From Coleofasciculus chthonoplastes F2-STO-03 (GTDB taxonomy: Bacteria > Cyanobacteriota > Cyanobacteriia > Cyanobacteriales > Coleofasciculaceae), in assembly GCA_040222015.1 (NCBI GenBank), contig JAVJWO010000087.1, forward strand, positions 1 to 12,330: a DNA stretch of 12,330 nucleotides, given 5' to 3'. The notes under the pieces are model-generated. The model was given only the letters and a program-made list of their open reading frames with translations, was not told the DNA's origin and did not search any database. Every line of letters begins with the position of its first letter. The first letter of the stretch is position 1. Below are positions 1 to 7,077 of the stretch, one piece after another. The position numbers and the translations under genes are program-made.

Positions 1-50
1 GATACCTGGGCTTCCACGCGATCGCACCTCCTCTATCCCCAGCGTGCGAT

Positions 51-78
51 AGCGAAGCGAGTAGAGCCTACAGCAGAT
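51..78 (+). mobile_element. 28-bp mini-insertion splitting a HIP1 site (small dispersed repeat-like)
   Basis: CCCAGCGTGCGAT[AGCGAAGCGAGTAGAGCCTACAGCAGAT]CGC, compared with the empty paralog CCCAGCGTGCGATCGC at 299-314. Confidence 0.7.
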
Positions 79-212
79 CGCGCCTCCCTCTTTCCCCGGA
101 TACACCATCTCACCAGGAATAAAAGCGATTCCCCACCAAAGTGCGATGGAAGCTTATCCAGGAAAGCATATAACCGCTCAAAAAACACTGTTTGACACCG
201 GGAATTGAATAA

Positions 213-275
213 AGGGCGGACCCGATCAAATTAAGCGGACACCGTTGTTAATTGATGCAAGCGGGTCGCCCCTAC
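213..275 (-). repeat. GTAG-type REP-like hairpin
   Basis: GGGCG(G)ACCCG...CGGGTCGCCC inverted repeat followed by CTAC (GTAGGGGCG on the minus strand). Confidence 0.65.
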
Positions 276-388
276 ACCCGAATCAAAGGTGATAGTTTCC
301 CAGCGTGCGATCGCACCTCTCTCTCCCAATTTGCGCCAATCCCTGATCAAAAGAGCGATCGCCTAAAACACACCTCCATTTTGAGTCA

Positions 389-452
389 GGGCGGGCGCGA
401 GTTGAAAAGTTATCACAAACATCAAAATTAAACGGCTCGCGCCCGCCCCTAC
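389..452 (-). repeat. GTAG-type REP-like hairpin
   Basis: Perfect 13-bp inverted repeat GGGCGGGCGCGAG (389-401) / CTCGCGCCCGCCC (436-448), followed by CTAC. Confidence 0.75.
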
Positions 453-503
453 AAATACCTGGGCTTCCACGCGATCGCACCTCCTCTATCCCCAGCGTGC
501 GAT

Positions 504-531
504 AGCGAAGCGAGTAGAGCCTACAGCAGAT
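504..531 (+). mobile_element. Second copy of the 28-bp HIP1-splitting mini-insertion
   Basis: Identical to 51-78 at offset +453, so probably copied with the tandem duplication. Confidence 0.7.
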
Positions 532-681
532 CGCGCCTCCCTCTTTCCCCGGATACACCATCTCACCAGGAATAGAAGCGTTCCCCACCAAAGTGCGATG
601 GAAGCTTATCCAGGAAAGCACATAACGCTCAAAAAACACCGTTTGACACCGCCAATTGAATAAAGGGCGACCCAATCCTCT

Positions 682-741
682 GTAGGGGCGGGTTTTACTA
701 CTATCTTTTCGGTTGCACCTCGATGTGACTAAACCCGCCCT
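682..741 (+). repeat. GTAG-type REP-like hairpin nested inside another REP-like hairpin (664-783)
   Basis: GTAGGGGCGGGTTT (682-695) ... AAACCCGCCC (731-740), lying between the arms GGGCGACCC (664-672) and GGGTCGCCCCTAC (771-783). Confidence 0.7.
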
Positions 742-950
742 GTTTCTCTAGTTGTTAATTAATGCGGTGCGGGTCGCCCCTACACCCGAATCAAAGGTGA
801 TAGTCTCCCAGGGTGCGATCGCGTCTTCCCTTTCCCCAGATAGCCCCGATAATTGCGATCGCCTGAAACACGGTAGGATAGCACCGACGTGCGCCCTGAT
901 CTAGCTGTGAACTTAGGATCTATAAACCGCCCAATATATATACAATACAA

Positions 951-976
951 CTCTGTAAACTCAATCGTTTACAGGG
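951..976 (-). terminator. Probable intrinsic terminator or processing hairpin downstream of tRNA-fMet
   Basis: On the minus strand CCCTGTAAAC-GATTGA-GTTTACAGAG forms a stem followed by T-rich sequence, 15 nt after the tRNA 3' end. Confidence 0.55.
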
Positions 977-991
977 CTTACCTTTTGAATT

Positions 992-1068
<77 letters not shown>

Positions 1069-1079
1069 TCGCTTTAAAC

Positions 1080-1109
1080 AGCATAACACCTATTTCCTAA
1101 ATGTGGCAA
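1080..1109 (-). promoter_or_regulatory. Putative sigma70-type promoter of tRNA-fMet
   Basis: Minus strand TTGCCA (1109-1104), 18-nt spacer, TGn-extended TATGCT (1085-1080), 11 nt before the tRNA. Confidence 0.55.
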
Positions 1110-1143
1110 CTCCAAGCAAAAAAGCCTAGGTGCGGTAGTACAA

Positions 1144-1185
1144 ACAAAGGACAAAGGACAAATGACCAAGGACATAAGACAAATG
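1144..1185 (+). repeat. STRR2-like heptamer array (6 units, ACAAA(G/T)G-like)
   Basis: ACAAAGG ACAAAGG ACAAATG ACCAAGG ACATAAG ACAAATG. Confidence 0.8.
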
Positions 1186-1192
1186 GCCCAAT

Positions 1193-2149
1193 TCAAAAAC
1201 TCATCGAGAGTTCGCCAATAACCTCTAAACGTTTGAACTCTCCTAGCTGCATAAAGGTTTCCGCCAAACTTTCCGCCACGGCGGGACTAATCCAACCCAT
1301 TTGCTTCAAAAGCTGAATCGCTACCGCATATTTAGCGCGTTTGGCTCCATCCATGACTTTAATTGTCATACCCAGCCCTTCACCCACACGACCGATACAT
1401 TGAACCCCTTCTGATCCTGCTTTACTCACCAGTTCACCTTGAGTCAATCGCATTAATTCCGTATCAAATACTCCTTCTCCTGCCACTAAGGTAGGATGAT
1501 GGGTCATTGCCCGAACAATTCGCTCCATTGCCAAATTGTCACCAGAAGCGAGTTGAGCAAAGAGGGTGGCGATTTGAGCGAGTTGCAAAAAATACGTCGG
1601 TGCCCCACAGTCATCGTGTGCCAAAATCAACTCTTCTGGTGGCATCCGCATCAATTCCGCGACTTTACTCAAAACAAGTCGTTGAACGGGGTGATTGTAC
1701 TGTAAATAACTATCAATAGACCAATTGCGTTGGCGGCAGACAGCAAGCATACCTGCATGTTTGCCAGAGCAGTTGTATTCTAAGGCACTTTGCTTGCCCG
1801 GAGGAATAGGACATTGCAAGGCTGATGGGTCAACATCGCAGCGCCAAAGAATCTTAAAAACCTGACGAACCTGTTCCAGATGACCTTGGTGGGAACTACA
1901 AATAATTGCCAAATCCCGGTCGTTAAGATTATATCGTTCCAGGGTTCCCGTTGTAGTAACTGCCAGAGCCTGAAACGGTTTGAGTGCCGAACGAATAAAG
2001 GTTGATGTTTCTGAATTGCCCGCTACAGATAGCACACGCCCTCGCTCGTCACAAAGGACAGCTTGAGCGTGGTGGATGGATTCGGCTATGCCTTCCCGGA
2101 GTAAACGGACTTCGATCGCTGGTGCTTGATTACGTTTTACCCTTGTCAT
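1193..2149 (-). CDS. L-asparaginase II family protein
   Basis: 318 aa; family motifs RSALKPFQAL, SSHQG, NCSGKHAGML, DDCGAP, SKAGSEG. Confidence 0.9.
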   Translation of the reverse strand: MTRVKRNQAPAIEVRLLREGIAESIHHAQAVLCDERGRVLSVAGNSETSTFIRSALKPFQALAVTTTGTLERYNLNDRDLAIICSSHQGHLEQVRQVFKILWRCDVDPSALQCPIPPGKQSALEYNCSGKHAGMLAVCRQRNWSIDSYLQYNHPVQRLVLSKVAELMRMPPEELILAHDDCGAPTYFLQLAQIATLFAQLASGDNLAMERIVRAMTHHPTLVAGEGVFDTELMRLTQGELVSKAGSEGVQCIGRVGEGLGMTIKVMDGAKRAKYAVAIQLLKQMGWISPAVAESLAETFMQLGEFKRLEVIGELSMSF

Positions 2150-2188
2150 TCGTTATTCGTCATTGGTCATTGGTCATTGGTCATTTGT
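2143..2188 (+). repeat. STRR2 heptamer array (TTGGTCA-type) overlapping the asparaginase start codon
   Basis: TTGTCA TTCGTTA TTCGTCA TTGGTCA TTGGTCA TTGGTCA TTTGT. Confidence 0.85.
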
Positions 2189-2282
2189 AAGAGTTTAGGG
2201 AATATTGGCAGAAATTAATAGTGTTGGGTTTATTTCCACCAACCCAGTTAATCGTTTTGAGGAAAAACCAAACCATAAATTA

Positions 2283-2783
2283 TCAAGAAAGAGTCCATAG
2301 CAAGCTGCCACTGATGATAAGAATAGCGATAATGCCCAATGTTCGTTGCAGGCGTTGCAGAATGGGCTGAACTTGATAGGAGACGATCAGGCGATCGCGA
2401 CTCAGGACTTCTGGCGGCTTCGTCCAGGTTTGACCATCATACCAGCCGGACTCTTCATAGCCGATGGTTTCCTGAGATAAGCGATCGCACACGTAAGACC
2501 AACCTAAGTAAAGTCGTAGTAACACCAATATCAAAAACACGCCAGCACCTGCGCCACCCGCCAAAATAAACTGTACCAGATGCTGGTGCGGCGCAAAACT
2601 AGCGGCGGCGACTGGACCCGCTATTAACCAGCTTAAGCCCCAAACCCAAGCCAGCTTGAGTCCATAATTTCTCAATTCTAGCTTCGCCCAACGGAAAAAC
2701 CAAGAGTCTTTTAGTTGTTGGTACTCATGAATCGGTTGTTGTTCTGTCGGTACGGGACAGAAAGAAACGGACGATTCCCTCAT
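2283..2783 (-). CDS. ycf36: CGLD27/Ycf36 (DUF1230) family membrane protein
   Basis: 166 aa; N-terminal CPVPTEQQPIHEY, hydrophobic helices, LRLYLGWSYV and YEESGWYDGQTWTKP signatures. Confidence 0.9.
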   Translation of the reverse strand: MRESSVSFCPVPTEQQPIHEYQQLKDSWFFRWAKLELRNYGLKLAWVWGLSWLIAGPVAAASFAPHQHLVQFILAGGAGAGVFLILVLLRLYLGWSYVCDRLSQETIGYEESGWYDGQTWTKPPEVLSRDRLIVSYQVQPILQRLQRTLGIIAILIISGSLLWTLS

Positions 2784-2797
2784 AGTCTTTGTTCAGG

Positions 2798-3235
2798 TTA
2801 CGATTGTTGCGAGTTGAATTCCACATATTCGGCGTGACCCCAAAATGCTTCTAGATTATAAAACTCCCGTTCCTGGGGCAGCATAATGTGAACAATCACC
2901 TCACCGTAATCCTGAAGCAGCCAGCTTCCATCGGCTTGTCCTTCGGTTCGTAGAGGACGCCGTTGCCAAGTCGTTTCCACTTGATCTTCAATCGACTGAG
3001 AAATCGCCCTCACCTGTACCCGTGAAAAGCCTGTTACAATCACAAAATAATCAGCAATATAGGAAACATCTGCCACGCGCAGGATGACAATATTGTCGCC
3101 TTTGCGATCATCGGCAGCTTGAGCAATAGTTAATGCCAAATCGGGTCCAGTTTTTTGCTCTTGATTGTCGTTGACAAATAAGGTAGATGAGCGTTGAAAT
3201 TGATCTTTTGTCATTTGTTTTTTGTCATTTGTCAT
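2798..3235 (-). CDS. rsfS: Ribosome silencing factor RsfS (Iojap)
   Basis: [33 protein letters not shown] and [10 protein letters not shown] motifs. Start is ambiguous (3235 or 3214) because both ATGs lie in a heptamer array. Confidence 0.93.
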   Translation of the reverse strand: MTNDKKQMTKDQFQRSSTLFVNDNQEQKTGPDLALTIAQAADDRKGDNIVILRVADVSYIADYFVIVTGFSRVQVRAISQSIEDQVETTWQRRPLRTEGQADGSWLLQDYGEVIVHIMLPQEREFYNLEAFWGHAEYVEFNSQQS

Positions 3236-3240
3236 TTGTT
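3207..3240 (+). repeat. STRR2 heptamer array (TTTGTCA) over the rsfS 5' end
   Basis: TTTGTCA TTTGTTT TTTGTCA TTTGTCA TTTGTT. Confidence 0.8.
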
Positions 3241-3294
3241 AGAGTTTGATGATTTTTTATAAAACGTAACATTTTTCGGTTGATGTCCATTGAC

Positions 3295-3882
3295 CTACTG
3301 AGTCAATTCTGGTTTTTGGCTAAAGCGTTGCACCGCCCAGTTCCGAGTTAAGATCATGCGGGGGTGAATCAGGCGACGGGTATTGAGCAGGTGTTTGACA
3401 CAGTAGTCGCACGTTAGCCAAACGGCTTTGTGCAGATCAACGCGAGCAATTTTCCGCAAATTTTCTAACTCCGGTGTATTGCCACGACCTGGTTCCAGGC
3501 TATCGGCTAAAAACACAACGCAGCTCATCTCACTCATTTCTGGGTTTCCTAACGTGTGCAGCGCGATCGCATTGAGTACAGCGTCCTCTTGGATAGCGAA
3601 CTGCTCTTTAGCCACGATAGCACTGACATCAGCATGTAACAGATGGGGAGTTGCCGCACAGATTGGATCTATATCGATACCTCCCTCCTTAGCCATTCGC
3701 AAAAGTCGCTCTGGCTTAAAGTATTTAGCCAGATCATGCATCAATCCGGCTTGAGCGGCTTGCTCCACATTTAAATGATAATGTCGAGCTAATTCCATAG
3801 ACATCTGCTCAACCCTCAGGATGTGCTGCATCCGGGCTGTCGGAACATTATCGTCTAGCCAGGTTAAAACCTGATCCCGCAT
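3295..3882 (-). CDS. yqeK: HD-domain bis(5'-nucleosyl)-tetraphosphatase YqeK
   Basis: RMQHILRV, AGLMHDLAK, LLHADVSA, IALHTLG and VFLADSLEPGR motifs; directly upstream of rsfS, a conserved arrangement. Confidence 0.88.
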   Translation of the reverse strand: MRDQVLTWLDDNVPTARMQHILRVEQMSMELARHYHLNVEQAAQAGLMHDLAKYFKPERLLRMAKEGGIDIDPICAATPHLLHADVSAIVAKEQFAIQEDAVLNAIALHTLGNPEMSEMSCVVFLADSLEPGRGNTPELENLRKIARVDLHKAVWLTCDYCVKHLLNTRRLIHPRMILTRNWAVQRFSQKPELTQ

Positions 3883-3946
3883 TCGGTCACCAAACTCCTC
3901 AAGGCTAAGATTGACTCTATACTATAGGTATTGAATCCATTTTATC

Positions 3947-5275
3947 TCAACGCTTCTGAAGGGAAGCAAAGAGTTGTTCATAGCGATCAAGCGCTCGGTC
4001 AAACGCATAATTTTCTTCGGCATACTTTCTGCCTTTCTCACCCAAAGCTTTGACTTTTTCCGGATGGAGATAGAGATCCAAAATTTCGGCGGCTAAATTT
4101 TTGGGATCTTCGGGTTTGACCCTAATACCACCGCCACTGCTTTGAATGGCACTGGCGGCTGTACCTTCGGCTGGCACCGAGGCGATGATGGCACGACCGC
4201 TTGCCATCAAAACCGGAATTTTTGAGGGCATATTAAAGTCAATAACCTTGTGCTTTTGCAAGACCAAGCCCACGTCGGCGGCGGCTAGCATTTCCGGGAG
4301 TTTTTCGCGAGGTTGAAACGGTAGCAGAAGAACATTGGTGGCTTTACAGGTTTGTTTATATAGCTGGAGTTGTTGCAAGGCTTTGGCTTCCGCTTTTAGC
4401 TGCGATCGCGCTTTCTTTTGGATCTCAATTTGCCATTCTACCAGCGCCCTCGCTTCTTCTTGCTGCAATCGTTCTAAAGCTTTTTCTTCTCCCACAATGA
4501 CAATGGCAATTTCGGGAATGTGGCGCAGGCGAATCGAAGCCTGGATAACGGTTTCTATGCCTTGACTTAGCGCTATATTCCCGGAGTACATCACCACAAA
4601 CTTGCCGTTGAGTCCATGCTCTTGACGGAATGCATTCGGTTCTTTAGGTAAAGGTTTGATGAAATCAACATTCACCCAATTCGGAATCAGCTCAATTTTG
4701 CTTTCACTGACTCCCTTCTTCTGCAAGTTTTTAATAAACCCATCAGCAATAACACTAATTTTGGTCGCTGTCCGGTAGGCAAATTTTTCCAAAATCGAAA
4801 AGATGCGAATCAGCTTGGGATTGGTCAGAATTTCCAGGTGTACAGCAGCATCGGGTAAAATATCCTGAAGATTGAGAACAACTGGAACCCGGTGTAGCCA
4901 TCCTAGGAGTGCTGCGGGTACGGCAACGGGTAGTGGTGGTGCTGTCAAGAAAATGATGTCGGGGCGTTTACCCTTTAGAGCATGGACAAAACTCGTCGCC
5001 ACAAAGCTAACTTCCAATAATAATCGGTCGATTAAACTGGGTTCGGGGCGAATCCAGACATAGCTGCGCTGAATCGCTACACCGTTGATAACTTCTGTGC
5101 AGTATAATTTTCCTTGGTAGTCTTTATAGACTTCTTTTTGAGGATACCAAGGCATACCCGTAACCACCCGAACTTGATGTCCTCGTTTCACTAACCCCTC
5201 AGCGAGTTCGGTCATCAGTGGGGCAATGCCAATGGGTTCGGGAAAATAGTTGTAGGAATAAATCAGAATTCTCAT
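3947..5275 (-). CDS. GT4 family glycosyltransferase, WcaI-like
   Basis: 442 aa; YSYNYFPEPIGIA, VVTGMPWYP, LNLQDILPD, IPNWVN, YSGNIALSQG and MPSKI motifs. Confidence 0.9.
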   Translation of the reverse strand: MRILIYSYNYFPEPIGIAPLMTELAEGLVKRGHQVRVVTGMPWYPQKEVYKDYQGKLYCTEVINGVAIQRSYVWIRPEPSLIDRLLLEVSFVATSFVHALKGKRPDIIFLTAPPLPVAVPAALLGWLHRVPVVLNLQDILPDAAVHLEILTNPKLIRIFSILEKFAYRTATKISVIADGFIKNLQKKGVSESKIELIPNWVNVDFIKPLPKEPNAFRQEHGLNGKFVVMYSGNIALSQGIETVIQASIRLRHIPEIAIVIVGEEKALERLQQEEARALVEWQIEIQKKARSQLKAEAKALQQLQLYKQTCKATNVLLLPFQPREKLPEMLAAADVGLVLQKHKVIDFNMPSKIPVLMASGRAIIASVPAEGTAASAIQSSGGGIRVKPEDPKNLAAEILDLYLHPEKVKALGEKGRKYAEENYAFDRALDRYEQLFASLQKR

Positions 5276-5429
5276 AAATTTTAGGAAAGCAAGTAGGACT
5301 TACCCAGTTGGGGCTAATTTTTTCGCCAAACTAGCCGAGTGCCTATCAATCAGGATATCTAGGCTTATGTTCAAGGACATTGCACGGCTCAATTGCTAAG
5401 GAAACACCATTATTGTATAATCTACCTAT

Positions 5430-5465
5430 TGTAGTTGCCTTTATCAGTGTAGTTGCCTTTATCAG
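5430..5465. repeat. Perfect 18-bp tandem duplication
   Basis: TGTAGTTGCCTTTATCAG twice (5430-5447, 5448-5465), between the kinase gene and the glycosyltransferase gene. Confidence 0.9.
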
Positions 5466-5514
5466 AATGTCCCATAGTAAGAGTAAGTGCAATCAACCTA
5501 CAGGCTAGATAAAT

Positions 5515-5964
5515 TCAATGGCTCACTGGTACGAGTCGTTTTCCCATAAACAAACAATTGCGCTGATCAGATAAGCGTTGATAAAATAGTTCATCCGTGA
5601 ATTGCTCCATCAAAATTAATCCTCTGCCTGTTTCATCTAGAAGGTTACAGCCTTTTTGGTGTAAAGCGTCCAACTTAGCCTGCAAATCGAACGGTTGTCC
5701 GTGATCCCAAATCCGCATCTCTAAGCGGTCAGCAAATATCTTCAGTTCCAGCTCAATCGGTGTAGTGTGAGGCAAGTGGCGATGAGCATGGTGAACCGCG
5801 TTGGCGAAGGCTTCGTCTAGTGCCACTTTACAATCCCCGCAAAATTGGTAAGGAAATTGGCGCAAAGCTAGCCGATCAAACCAGGCGAGAATTTTAGCAA
5901 CAGCGTTGATGTCTGTGGCTACCTTGAGGTGCGATTGTTTAAGGGGTTTGTCATGGTGCATCAA
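5515..5964 (-). CDS. RsbW/SpoIIAB-like anti-sigma factor / Ser kinase (HATPase_c)
   Basis: ALDEAFANAVHHAH (N box), IWDHGQPFD (G1 box), ETGRGLILM (G2 box). Confidence 0.88.
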   Translation of the reverse strand: MMHHDKPLKQSHLKVATDINAVAKILAWFDRLALRQFPYQFCGDCKVALDEAFANAVHHAHRHLPHTTPIELELKIFADRLEMRIWDHGQPFDLQAKLDALHQKGCNLLDETGRGLILMEQFTDELFYQRLSDQRNCLFMGKRLVPVSH

Positions 5965-5987
5965 TCGAAAGCCAGTCCCATATTTTT

Positions 5988-6959
5988 TTAAGCCGCGCCA
6001 CTATTTTTAGAAAAAACCACTAAAATTGTTTTGATAATTAATTTGACATCATACATCAAGCTCCAGTGATGCTGGTAGCGTAAATCTAAGTCAATGATGT
6101 CCTTAAAGTTGTGGATTTGATTTCGCCCATTGACCTGCCACTCTCCTGTCATACCAGGTTTGACATCTAAACGCTGCCATTCTGGTACCTCATAGTAATC
6201 TACTTCATCGGGTGTTGGGGGTCGAGTTCCAACCAAACTCATTTCCCCTTTCAGGACATTGACAAATTGAGGCAGTTCATCAAGGCTACTTTTCCGTAAA
6301 AACCGACCGACTCGTGTCACTCTGAGATCAGGGGCATTTTCATCCAACGGTTTAATTCTAATTTTACCCTTACTAATATCTTGACTCCCGACATACATGG
6401 AGCGGAACTTCAAAATCCGAAATTCTTTGCCCATCCACCCCTTACGGATCTGACTGAAGAAGATAGGACCTCGTGAATCAAGTTTGATGGCAATAGCAAT
6501 TGGAATAAACAGTAGTGCGGTAATTCCTAAGCCAACGATTGCGCCGATAATATCAAGTCCACGTTTGATCCCAGAGCGGGTGGAAGGGTGAGTGGGTGGT
6601 AATACTGGTGGCTGACTTGATTCAAACAGGAGTTCCACTGTTAGAATTTGATCGAGTCCCGTCATTTTCAAAACTGCCATGACCGGAGTGCTAACATTGG
6701 TGAGTACCAGTTCAACCTCTTTACTGGTCGCATTTTTGTAATTGTTCACCAACGCCCCAATCCCACAGCTATCGATAAAGGTCGTTTGACGAAAGTCTAA
6801 AATAATTTTGGGCGGCAGGGGGTGATTCTGAAAAATTTGCTGGAAGGTTTCTTTGAAAGCCACAGCTTCAAGCACACTCAGGCGATCCGGAAGTTGCATG
6901 ACGGGAGTTTCATGCAATAGTATTACTTTAAAATCCGCTTCTGACATTGAGTCACCCAT
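5988..6959 (-). CDS. STAS (anti-anti-sigma) domain fused to a bacterial sugar transferase (priming phosphoglycosyltransferase) domain
   Basis: N-terminal IILDFRQTTFIDSCGIGALV (STAS); C-terminal KRGLDI, a TM helix, KFRSM, RVTRVGRFLRKSSLDELPQF, GEMSLVGTRP, KPGMTGEWQVNGR. Start may be 6947. Confidence 0.9.
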   Translation of the reverse strand: MGDSMSEADFKVILLHETPVMQLPDRLSVLEAVAFKETFQQIFQNHPLPPKIILDFRQTTFIDSCGIGALVNNYKNATSKEVELVLTNVSTPVMAVLKMTGLDQILTVELLFESSQPPVLPPTHPSTRSGIKRGLDIIGAIVGLGITALLFIPIAIAIKLDSRGPIFFSQIRKGWMGKEFRILKFRSMYVGSQDISKGKIRIKPLDENAPDLRVTRVGRFLRKSSLDELPQFVNVLKGEMSLVGTRPPTPDEVDYYEVPEWQRLDVKPGMTGEWQVNGRNQIHNFKDIIDLDLRYQHHWSLMYDVKLIIKTILVVFSKNSGAA

Positions 6960-6985
6960 AACAACCTGTATTTTTTGTATTCACC

Positions 6986-7007
6986 TGTGTTCCTGATGTG
7001 TTCCTGA
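6986..7007. repeat. 11-bp perfect tandem repeat in a divergent promoter region
   Basis: TGTGTTCCTGA twice (6986-6996, 6997-7007). Confidence 0.7.
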
Positions 7008-7077
7008 CCAATATTGTGTCGTACAATTGCTAACTTAACCGAAAACTCACTTGAATTTACCGATCCAATGTCAAAAA

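Larger units (their letters stand above)
1..870. repeat. Imperfect tandem duplication (period 453 bp) of a REP/HIP1-rich non-coding module
   Basis: 2-227 is nearly identical to 455-677 (offset 453); 244-314 matches 751-822; GCGATCGCCT(A/G)AAACAC occurs at 355 and 855. Six intact HIP1 sites (18, 307, 355, 471, 815, 855). The first unit may begin upstream of the window. Confidence 0.9.

Noticed and set aside
283..675. 130-aa minus-strand ORF
   Set aside because: Lies wholly in the repeat mosaic, has no recognisable motif, and the paralogous unit carries frame-breaking 1-bp indels.
1..870. CRISPR array
   Set aside because: No constant short repeat with regular unique spacers and no cas genes; the period is 453 bp.
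1101..5063. Short plus-strand ORFs (1101, 1496, 1507, 2002, 2339, 3428, 4335, 4872)
   Set aside because: Antisense shadows of well-supported genes or translations of heptamer repeats, with no motifs.
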